Positions 1 to 10,900 of a stretch of DNA of 64,000 nt are shown in pieces (the first letter of the stretch is position 1; the number at the start of each line of letters is the position of its first letter). The notes under the pieces were generated by a model. It did not search any database and was not told the DNA's origin. It saw only the letters and a program-made list of their open reading frames with translations. The position numbers and the translations under genes are program-made. The DNA lies in the NCBI GenBank assembly GCA_002633005.1, contig NMRA01000014.1:1902960-1966959 (forward strand). Reading direction: 5' to 3'. This DNA comes from Phoronis australis. Its lineage: Eukaryota > Animalia > Phoronida.

Positions 1-237
1 TATGCCCCACCACATTACATCAGCAAATTAGCAAGTTGATCGAAACAATGTCTTAACGAGCGTCATTGGTATTCTTGCTTAGTTATTCCAGGTTCAGCGG
101 CCGTTGCTCTGATAGTACAAGCGTTTGGAAAAGTCAGGTTTGCGCGGAGTTTTGCTGCCGACTTATCATCATGGGCAGGCTTCGGCACGCATATCATGCA
201 CACGCATGACGTGGCATCATTATTCTGACATAGACTT

Positions 238-1737
238 TTAAAAGATAGAGCGGGTGAAGAACTTCTCCGCCCTTAGGATCTTGATGACGTCATCCCAAGT
301 AGCTTTAGCTGGCACCTGAGACATCAGTTCACGAGCATCGTGGAACCTCTCGTTGGAGTCTGTCTCCCAGTTTATCAGGCCCATTAGATCGCGTACCTTA
401 GCAAAGTCGCCGTAGTAGGTGGCACAGGGGTTGTGCTTCAACAACGCTGCGTCTCGAAAGTCCAAGAACTGTGCCTCGTACAAACCATTGGCCTTGATCA
501 CTACTATATTGTCCGCACTCACGGCTGTCAACATCACGCCTGCTCTATTCAGAACGTTGACCTGTTCACATATGTTAATCAGAACGTCTAGCCACTCTCG
601 GTCCGTTAGTGCAGTAAACTCAGACTTTTTCTTGTACTCGCTGAGTAGTTGGCGCAGTGTCTGTCCTTTGTGGATAGCGCTTCCAGCAAAGTCAATTAAA
701 ATTCCCCACGATATGAGAATCGAGTTTTCCTCTAACGGGAAAAACCCTCGAAATTGAGGCCTGATTCCTTTCTCATTGGCAAACTGGAAAACTTCAACTT
801 CTTTCCAGACGTCGTATAAAGATGATGACTCCTTGCGAAACACTTTGAGAGCGTAGAACACCTGGTGCTGCTCAACTAAGTATACACAGCCATAACTTCC
901 CTGGTCAATAACGACGGGTTTTCCGTCACGATAAACATAATGATAGCTCATAGGATCGGGAGCAACAGTTGCACCAAATTTCGACTCAAAGTCTGGCAGA
1001 TGGTGAAAGGGCGACGTCTTGAACGTAGGAAATGGGAAAGCTGGTTCGTGTTCAGACCAATGCCTATGGTTTTTCTTACTCTTCTTCCTCGAAAACACCG
1101 ATTTCACTTTTCGCACTGCTCTCCGGAAAAATGATAACTTTCTCTGTTCGCCGTCTTTATCTAAGCCTCCTCCGTCATCACTCGTTCCTGCTACTGGGAC
1201 GAAATCAGTTTCTGTCACTCCTTCGGGAAACACGTCCAGACAATTTTCCGGTAGCTTTATGGAGTTGATATTGCTACTGTCTTCAAATCGATCGTCATCA
1301 CTAGAGCCTCCAGGCTGTGATGCGTTGTCAGCCTTGGCATCACCTTCAGAATTGGAGCATCCCAACCCGACATCCTCGTCAGGGATGATTTCCATAGGCC
1401 TTGGTGGATCTCGACGAGTACTGGAGCAATGTACACGTTTATTACGTGTGCCTCTATACTGTATTACCCGTTTTTTGGGTTCCGTAGAATAACTAGGGCC
1501 TGGCAAGTCGTCACTCTTTACAACCTCCTCATGATCGCCGCCCCCCATGGCATCCTCATCACGAATTACTTGCCGTCTACGCGGCTTTCGACTAGTAGTA
1601 GACCAATGGGCACCATTGTTGTGCAGAGCTCGATATTCCTTTATTCGTTTTTTGGCTTTCTCTCTAGAAATATACAGTTTGAGCCTCTCGTTAGTCTTTT
1701 TCAAGATGTACTTTTTCTTCAAAGTCCTCTCATCCAT
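238..1737 (-). CDS. Intronless protein-kinase-fold protein, probable pseudokinase (499 aa)
   Basis: One long ORF. The C-terminal half shows a Gly-loop (IDQGSYGCVY), VAIK-like YALK, alphaC Glu (WKEVE), alphaE (LINICEQVNVLNRAGV), catalytic loop LTAVSADN (HRDLKxxN equivalent), DFR in place of DFG, and a short C-lobe. The N-terminal half is low-complexity basic/acidic. Confidence 0.85.
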   Translation of the reverse strand: MDERTLKKKYILKKTNERLKLYISREKAKKRIKEYRALHNNGAHWSTTSRKPRRRQVIRDEDAMGGGDHEEVVKSDDLPGPSYSTEPKKRVIQYRGTRNKRVHCSSTRRDPPRPMEIIPDEDVGLGCSNSEGDAKADNASQPGGSSDDDRFEDSSNINSIKLPENCLDVFPEGVTETDFVPVAGTSDDGGGLDKDGEQRKLSFFRRAVRKVKSVFSRKKSKKNHRHWSEHEPAFPFPTFKTSPFHHLPDFESKFGATVAPDPMSYHYVYRDGKPVVIDQGSYGCVYLVEQHQVFYALKVFRKESSSLYDVWKEVEVFQFANEKGIRPQFRGFFPLEENSILISWGILIDFAGSAIHKGQTLRQLLSEYKKKSEFTALTDREWLDVLINICEQVNVLNRAGVMLTAVSADNIVVIKANGLYEAQFLDFRDAALLKHNPCATYYGDFAKVRDLMGLINWETDSNERFHDARELMSQVPAKATWDDVIKILRAEKFFTRSIF

Positions 1738-1804
1738 TTTTTCAATTATTATACCTCCACTAAGGTAAACGTCTGTCCTGTTCAGCTATGGTCAACCATG
1801 CGCA

Positions 1805-1868
1805 TTATAAATTACGAATTAGTATTTGTTACGTCACGCTTTATTGTGTAATATAGATCGTGACGTCT
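1805..1868 (-). promoter_or_regulatory. Putative promoter of the kinase-like gene: TATA-like TTTATAA plus CRE-like TGACGT sites
   Basis: ttataaa at ~1805-1811 lies ~70 nt upstream of the ATG; ttacgtca at ~1829-1836 and tgacgtc at 1861-1867. Motif inspection only. Confidence 0.35.
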
Positions 1869-4800
1869 TGTTATGAAATTCCATTTTAGTTAATTTTCCT
1901 CAATATATTTAAATTGAAAAACAGTCTTATGCATCGGGAAAATAAATACTAAAGTACTTAAGTCAAGTTTTAGATTACATTTTAATAATAAATCGGAATG
2001 GGGTTGAGGTTTCCGTTACCAGTTGCTTCGTCACATCGTTAAGACGTTTTTTGGAAAATAATGACCTAATTTGTGTTTAGAATAGGAAAAACATAGCAAT
2101 TTTAATGTTTTATTCTAACTAAAACAAAGACAAACGTTCAGAAATCACCAGACTTATTATTTGTTGCGACTAATGGGTGCCTTCGACAAAAATTATTGTC
2201 AATCTATACGAAATGATTACTAAAGAACGCTATTAACCAAAAACCACGTCTTACTGTAGATGTTATTTAAATTTGGATAATTGGCTGTGTATACAAAAGC
2301 ACTGGACGTGGACCATCAGACAAGTGCGGAGAACGAGACCAATATTTCGGGGGTATCTGGGCGTTTTCTCATAAATAGGGACGTGCCACCCAGAAGGGCG
2401 ACATTTCACGACTGATTCCCTTCGAACCGTTGCCTATATTCTTACATAAGTCCGTTCGAAAAGGTGCCTTTTCTGGCAAAAATACCTCAAAGCTTTCACT
2501 TTGGGATTTCGAAGCCCCACAAAAAGTTTTCTTTTCTAACTACTCAAATCCACGGAAGGTTTTTTAATATGTCAGCTAGTTTAAATTTTTTTCTGTAAAA
2601 GATGTACTCATTTTTTGACCCAATTACCTCTCTGCTGCTACCGTTTCGGGCGCAATGGATAAACATTCACCTGTCCAGTAATCGCTACCAAAATGCTCCC
2701 TTTATATAAATATTGTGTTTCTGGAACAATTCCTTCAAAATGGTGACTTTTGTCATGGATACTAGCTACAGATGGTCCAACTTTTCCTTCCCCTTTTCGA
2801 AGTGAGCGGGTATCTTAATCTTTCAGTTGCACCCCCGTCAAAAATTTAGTCGAGGACTTCCAGGGGAGATGGTGTGACGCTGCATATTCAAAAGTTGAGG
2901 AGTCTGGAACCGAGAAAATACAGGATCCACCGAGACTGAATACCCACTGCCACCCAGCTCTGGTAATGAAACCGCAATCATTTCTCCATCGCCATGGTAA
3001 ATCTAACAGCTTAAGGTATGGATCAGATGCCGAAGCCGTAAAGACCGGACAACTATACGTATGACTAGGCTGGCCCCCTCTATAGGTTAACAGGGGCCAC
3101 ACTGACGGTCAGCTAGAGTCTGACGTTCCGACACCAGGGAGGGGCACTCAGTCATGACAACTGTAGGTCGCGGGTCCGGGTAGCCCGGCGCCGGGTATTC
3201 TGGCCGACTAGTCTCCGGCATTGGGTGATCAGCAAGTTTTGCGGAACCCACGCGGCCGGGGTCCAAACAGGCCCTAAACATGATCACCATTTGACAATTT
3301 CAGAAATCCTATTGGTTTATGTTCAAATATAACTTAACGTAAAAACGCCCTCTACTAACTGAGCCTTCTCCCCCCCTGACGAGACTAGGCAGCGCTCCAA
3401 GCCGGTAATTTTTTGAGCTTCGTTAGAGAACATAAGTTTAATTTTTGGTGTTGAATTATTTGTGAAATCAATCAACAATTCATAGAAAACTATCCAGAAT
3501 TTATTCAGAATAAAATACAGTTCCCTTTTAAGTATGTATCTTTTATGATTTTTATGTTATTAGGGTTCCAAACTGACAAAATCCGAGTCATTCTTCATAT
3601 GTTAAAAATGCAACGTAAGAAATACCTACCGTGTCTGTTCACTTAAATACGGAGTATCATGGGAGTGGGAAACCAACCATGCCACGTGGTGGAAACAGTA
3701 TCAATCGAAATGAAAAAACGGGATGGAACATCGTGGTGATACTCATTGCTGAGCGAACATTCAGTTTACTATTGTCTAATTAAGAAATTCTATGTCAAAA
3801 TTCATCGGAACACCTTCAGTAGGGGGTTATTTCAAAGGAAATGAACCATTGGTTACCTAAATGCGTATTTGTGTTGCTAGAGATTTTCTCAAAGTTCAGC
3901 CTGCACGGCGGCCAACAATTTCTTACAAAGTTAGAACATAATGAGTCAAAACTTCGTCTGCTTTTTCACAACCGGCACAGTAAACCAACGGTTAAAAGTT
4001 GTGAGACTTTTTTCAAAAAAGCAATTTAGAATGGCATCCGAAGAACTACGCGTAGATGCAAATATTTCTAAGGACAGCTGGGAGAGCATGGAGTGGGAGA
4101 CGGGCCATCCCAGTACGTAGGTTTGAAGGACCGTGACCCCAGTTTCCATAATCATAGTTCGTTAACGTGAACCAGTCTAGTCATGATAACTGAAAAGTCA
4201 GTGTGACAGTCGATTCAATCCGGCATGATAATATCCTGTAACAATTCTGTCATCGGTTGTTTGATTTAACAAATCAACGAGAAGGGAGTCATTACACGTA
4301 CGTTGAGTTGACTATCATTTGAAGTCCCCTCACTACCCCGCGAAAGGAAAAACATATCAATGACAAGAAAAATACTAGGAAAGGGTAGTCAGTCAATGAG
4401 AAAGCCTCAAGCAGTCTTTTGATTTCCCTGAAAACTGTCTTCTTTTAAGTTTTGAATCTGAATCACAATTTAATTGTTCTTGAAATCTGTAAGTTGACAT
4501 TTTCGAACTATACATCGGTCTATACGTTCATGTAACATTTGACACTGCAGAAGAGACAGACTAGGAGGATACTACCACAAACACATATTTCTAAATGGGC
4601 TTCCCTAATGGCCGCTGTTGGAAATGTTGTGGGGGTAGTTTTCTCAGTGTAGGACTTGAAATGTCGACACGTTTTGCACTGACATTCATTCAGGTTTCTG
4701 GACTGCCCCTGTCCCTGGACCAGAGGCCAAAGGCGTGCTCGCTTCGGCTTGGCGATGACACCTGTCGACAGCTCTTTAAAATAGGTCACGAACTGGTTCC

Positions 4801-4929
4801 TGGATGTCAATATTCCTTAACCAGCTCTGCAATATAGGTAAACATGGCCGCTGTAAGAAGAGCGATTTTGTTTTGTCATTTTGTAATCTGTTATTCTTAC
4901 CGTGATTGTTGAGCACAGAGTTTTACAAC

Positions 4930-4932
4930 ATG
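4930..4932 (+). CDS. FBXO9: FBXO9 coding exon 1 (ATG only)
   Basis: caacATG|gtaagt is a strong donor; phase 0 fits exon 2. A YY1-like aacatggc lies upstream at ~4841. Confidence 0.7.
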
Positions 4933-7900
4933 GTAAGTTATGTTGAAAATGAACATTGACAAGTGCTTACCTACTGAGATTTTTACAAAATGGGGTTGTT
5001 AGCAGGTTACGATGGTATATCCCGGGGAAATACCTCACTACCAGGGTCTCAGATACTGAGATAGCCAGCCAGCTAGCTGTATGAAGACTGTCGTCAAAAT
5101 ACAGCTAGGTACCACTGTGTGTGTTTCTTCCGTAGACCCCGAAATTGCACGCAGCCAGGATAGTTCTGCTCGTCACCATGCTGTGAAACTTGTATCAAAA
5201 CGTAAAACTCAAAAAGACCGGATGGGGTGCACTGCAAAATGTAGGGATCAACCGATACTCGCCTTGCCCGTTACAGCCGTTTAAGTGAAAAACAATGTAA
5301 TAAACGTCATTTTCTTGCGTACTTCTCCGCCTTTTCTGACAATGAAAAGTATGTCATCGTTTCGAAAACAATACGCTCGTGTCACGCGCACGCGCCATTT
5401 CTTAAATTTTTGCGACAACTTTGGAGATGCAAAATTTGTTTGGTATCGGAATTCTAAGAAATTATAATGAAGTGAAACCAGTTCCAATAATTTGTTGTGA
5501 CGTGTACGTAAGCTCGTGAAAGAACAGCAGTTGAATGAAGAATCGGCGAAAAAAGAAACTGGCCAATACGCAATGTTTCATGACGTCGAAAGCCCTCGCT
5601 AAAGATTGGTCCACAACTTTAGCAGCAGAATAACGGTAGAACGCCATTTTTCCAACACTGTTAAATAATTTTGTTTACTCAAGGAAGACTGTGGTTTTAA
5701 TGACACTAATTTTGTGTCAGATTTTATCTTACCACTTTTTTACCCACATCGGTGCAAAGCTGTATATTTATGTACAGCTTTGTACCAAGGCTAAGTCTCA
5801 GAGTACTCAGACTACTCATTTCTTCTACTTGACAGTGACCACCGTCTCTAGCTGGCTCCGTAAAGACGGCATAGCTCCTGTAGGCGCTTCATATGCCTGA
5901 AACTCGTGCGCTTTGCTCTGTCTCGTGCTTGTTGCTGCCTAACTTGCGTAACGTCAATTGAAATACTTTGTGGTACAAGTCACACTCGGTGAAAAAGGTT
6001 AATGCCACATAAGGTGGAGTCAGAATTCTTTGCCAAAAGTCATCTTAATACCCTTAGACATGCTTCATCGAGGATATGTATAGAACCTGAAAAAATCAGT
6101 GAAGAAAGCAAGTGCTTTTTTAAGAGTCAAATTTATGTGTATAATATATTTTTGACAAGAGTGAAACCATTTTTTTGGTGACCATATTTCGGCTACCACC
6201 CATTTAAAATATATGGGATGAGATTAGAGTAGAAACCCATTAGTAGTGTTGTAGTCCCTGAACAGCCAGCCGAGTGGCTACATGTTGCCAAATGGTGGCA
6301 CTGTTTAGTTCACTGGTTGGTTCTCAGTGTTTTTTCCAAGCATTGGAATTTACTATTATGCCCAACATTTTTGTCCAAATTAAGTGCAAATCGAAGAAAA
6401 ACTGTGTAACAAATTGTACTTGTAACCCGTCACGTCTGAGATGGGAACACCTACAATTTTCTTGTGTTTCTGTTATCTTCATTTTTGTGGGCTAAACGAA
6501 TGCCGCAACTCTGTCACAGCTTGCTAACAGATTCGAGCTTCCTCCCCTCAAAAAATATTTAGTTACCTACTGGAAATTGAGATCCAGAGCTCAATTTTCT
6601 GTTCTGGCAATGCTAACCTAATCCAGCTGCTTTAACAAGTGCTGATTATTGCATGTTTTAAACTTGACATCGTTTTTGTTAGAGTGGTGCTGGTGTTGAC
6701 AGCAGTGGGTGTGATGGTGAAGAGGCTGAAGAAGAGTCTTACTCCGTGGAGGACAGACTCGAGAGGTTCCGCTCTGATTGGAAGCAAGAGCTGGCAGCGA
6801 AGGAAAAAGGGGACGATGAGGAGGAGAAAGAGAAAACGGTTTTTTTTATGCTGTTAGAGATTTTAAACTCCATAAAAGAACTAAACTTCTTTTCAAAACT
6901 GGAAAAGGCACAGCACCACCTTTGGAATCAAATGAACAACTACTTGAACATGTGTCTTGTAAAACGATCATCGTTCAAATTTGATGGACTATATTCTTAA
7001 ATTTTGGCAATTAAAAAATATTAGTATTTTATCTGTTAGTTAAATATAAGAATTTTTTGGAATCCGTTATTCAATGTAAGAAGTACTATTCTATGAATTC
7101 TGGCCATTTTTTTAAATCTGCCATTCATATTGCCTTGGGAAAAGGGGGGATATCCTCCTTAACCTTCTTAATTGCAGTTGCCAAGGATTTGTGTTTAGCT
7201 GCTCCTGAAATTGATACTAGTAGGACTATGCAGCAAACAAGTAAGATCTTAACTTGTCAAATTTATCCACAGCAACAAAGATTAAGAAATTTTTTCTCTT
7301 TCTAGCATGGTTTGTACTCTTTAGTTTTCATGAAACAACATTCGCGAAAGTTCCCAGTATTTGCAGCAGCAAGTATTTGACAAGGATCTGGCATTTTTGA
7401 GCTTTGTATAGCAATTAATGACCTTAAGTCAAAGCTTGCTTTTATGCCGCTTTCGTTTTAACACTAAAGATACTGTTACAATCGAATACCTTTACTTTTG
7501 ACTACACAAGTTTGATCAGCTTGTATGGCCATAATTCATCAATCCTTCAATTGTTACTTTGGGCCAACCTGATCATTCTCACAGTCATGTAAATCTTATG
7601 CTCTTCTCACAGTAGGCCGAATCCTACCATAGCAAATAAAACCACAGTTCTGTTGTTTCAGGCCAAAGAGCTTTTCATGAAAGGTGTCGACTCTGAACAA
7701 CAGGGTAGTGTGTGTGAAGGTGTGTATGAGGATGTTTTAACCTTTTGCATCATATTTTGTGTCCGAAATGTCAAGTCACAGGTTTAAACAAGTCATGTAC
7801 CCTAGCTTAGGACTAACTTCATCGAGCTTCAATTGTTCTGGCTGGCAAGATTGAGCAAGTTAGTATCCAACCTCATTGACGCTTGGGCTATGTTATGCAA

Positions 7901-10900
7901 TAAGCGTGACCAATATTATTCAAGTGTTTTGGTTTACTTAATTCAAGATTCCGCACCAAGCTCCCATGATATTGCTAGCAACGTGACTATAAGCTATGTC
8001 ATGCACTATCAAGCCATGGGATGTGTTAGAAAATGAGGCCATGGGATATGTAAGAAAATGGGTTTTGCTTGGTGATTGAATTTCCCAAAGATAGGCAACT
8101 TGAATTGTGTTACTGACCATCAATCTTATGGGAGCCTGAGCAGAAATTGTTACTAGTAGCAAGAGAATTGGCGGCCCTAGCTTGGAATGTTTGAAAAATA
8201 TGACAGACCCAACATGCTTTTTCAAGGTTTTTTAGTAATTTTGATTTACCTTACTGACCATTAGTCTTTTTCAAGTTAACTAAGCAGTGGTTTTACTTAA
8301 GGAAGCAAAAGAAAAATATCACATCTACTAAAGCTTGGCCAATCAATTTAACAAAAGTAGTTATTGTTTTGCTAAGCATTGAATGTCCAAAATACCCTTT
8401 ATGATTTTCACATACTGTAAGCGGTATTCTTGTCTGAACGAGCAATAATCGTTCGTGATGGGTCAGTCCTTGAACTCTGTAACATTTGACTTCCACTCAG
8501 CCATAATAACAGGGAATCCCATCCATGCACAGTCATCAGGATGGCAATTTCAAGTCCAATTACTTTTGGTATAGGCTGTATATGACTGGATTGTAATGAG
8601 AGAATTAATTTGTAATCTTATTGAAAATAGTTACTGTCCTCTGTATTAATCATTTCTCATTTATAGTCTCTTCCAGGGGTCCCACATTTTGCAGTTTTGT
8701 CCACTGAATAATGAGCATCAAATTGGTTCTCAAAATCCAGTACCCCTGTAAATGACTACTGCCCTTTTCTCAGTCATTCACCTCAAAATCCAGTACCCCT
8801 GTAAATGACTACTTCCCTTTTCTCAGTCATTCACCTCAAAATCCAGTACCCATGTAAATGACTACTGCCCTTTTCTCAGTCATTCACCTCAAAATCCAGT
8901 ACCCCTGTAAATGACTACTGCCCTTTTCTCAGTCATTCACCTCAAAATCCAGTACCCCTGTAAATGGCTACTGCCCTTTTCTCAGTCATTCAGCTCAAAA
9001 TCCAGTATCCCTGTAAATGACCACTGCTCATTTCTTAGTCATTCACCTGCCATTCTGGAGCAAGGTTGAATATACAATATGTGTCATATCACACTCACGG
9101 CAACTGCATCACCAATGGCTTACATTGTTAAACGCGCAGCATGATCCCGACTTCATGTGTTATTTCATCTCTCTTCACAGCGGTTGCTTACTACCGCCAG
9201 GCTATACGCCTGGTGCCTGATATCGAGTTCAGAATCGAAGAGCTGCGTCACATCAATGACAGTGACCCTTGGGAGAGGAAACGGACAGAGAGTTCCTCAT
9301 CTGTGGACAGGTGAGACATATGTTATGTTACTGTCTTACCTGTTCATTGCAATAAAGAGTTTGAAGAGTCAAATTTCATGATGTAGGTTGATCTACATGC
9401 CATGTCGAACTTGAGTAAAGTAGTCAAAAGGTGCTATGTATATGCACCTTCTGTCTCAGAATTGAGGTTTTATTCACCATAATGAAACTGATCAGACATT
9501 ATTTAATATCTTGAGATCATGCTTGCCACATATACCGACTCGTTGGCCTCACCTTTAGCAATGGTGAAGCTGAAAAGTTTAAAATGATAATGCTAAGTGG
9601 ACTTAAGTTTATTGAAAACTTGTTTTTTATAGAAAAGGCATTTGCGTCAGTTTAAGTGGAGTGTTGATCTGTTAACTAAAGTCTCATCTACCATCAACGT
9701 TCCAGTGCTATTTTTGTCCTGTATTTCCAGCTCCTGTGCCAACGAACTGTTCGACTGTGAGGACCTTGTTGCTCATTTCTCAAAAATGAAAGTCTCTGAG
9801 AAAGCCATCTGTGAAAGAGAATCTGAGCAAAGAGTAAGAGAAAGTGGAAAAAAGAAATTTGTACTTTTGGCTCTTGTTACCTTTGGAAATAAGTTTGGTA
9901 TCATCCAGACAGGGTACAAGTCATGTATTTGTGCAATGATAATTTCTTTATGGGACTTTTGACAATTGTTACCTTAGGAAAATTGAACTAGCATTGGAAA
10001 ATTTGTGTTTTACTTAAAGCTGAATAGCTGTTTTCCTTGAAGTTTTGTTTTGTTCATTAAACTTTAACCTAGGTGCAGTTAATTTTGTGTATTGATTCTC
10101 CAGGCACTGCGTCTCAAAGGGGCATTATCGGGGAAAGTAGTCATTTTACAGAAATCAGCAGAAGTGCGAAATCAAAGCGATGAGCTCTGCAGCTGACTGC
10201 TAAGTTCATTCCTTAAGTGACAAAGTATTGTTTATTTGAATGGTAAAGACACCAGCTTTAATTTCAACAAATGACAGAGAAGAACTTGCAATTGGTTCTA
10301 AAATCACAAAAACAGCGAATTTTGTTTTTTATAGCTCTGGTCAAGGTTAATAATTTCAAGATGTCTGTTAGTGTTTCATTCAACTATGATCCAAAAATGC
10401 ATTTTTTGCTGTAGAAACAATAATATCCCTTTTATCCTGTTCGTTGTAAGACTTCACTTTTATTGTCCAGTGGTCTGTAACAGATTGTCCTTTCATTGTC
10501 TCACAGTCAATCCATATCTCTGTGTTGCCTGCTGAAGTCTTCCAGCACATTCTCAGATGGGTCGTGTCGTCCAGTCTCGATCTCAGGTCACTGGAAATGT
10601 TCTCTATGGTAAGTCACTTTTGCATTTAGTTTGCTCTCTATTGGAGGGGGGTAAGAGCCAATACATTGTAATCAACAGGGTTTCTGACAGAACGTCATTC
10701 TCAACACATTTGATATAGTAATTATATTTACCTTAATGTGTAAACCTGATCATTTCTTCCTTCTTTCCATGACCAATAAAATGTGTTTGATGTCCAGTGT
10801 CACCTCTTAGGAAATATTGATGTCTTCAGTGTGTCTTTAATGGCTTTGCCATCAGGGGTGTCACAACGTTCATATTGGTCAATCCTACAGTGGTTTGTCA

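Noticed and set aside
419-1851. Several plus-strand ORFs
   Set aside because: Antisense shadows of the kinase-like CDS.
4690-4765. HDV-like ribozyme upstream of FBXO9
   Set aside because: ggtttctgg/ccagaggcc is a simple hairpin; P1.1, P2 and P3 of the nested pseudoknot cannot be formed.
8729-9048. CRISPR-like periodic array
   Set aside because: Units are contiguous near-identical 53-mers with no unique spacers, inside a spliceosomal intron, and no cas genes are present.
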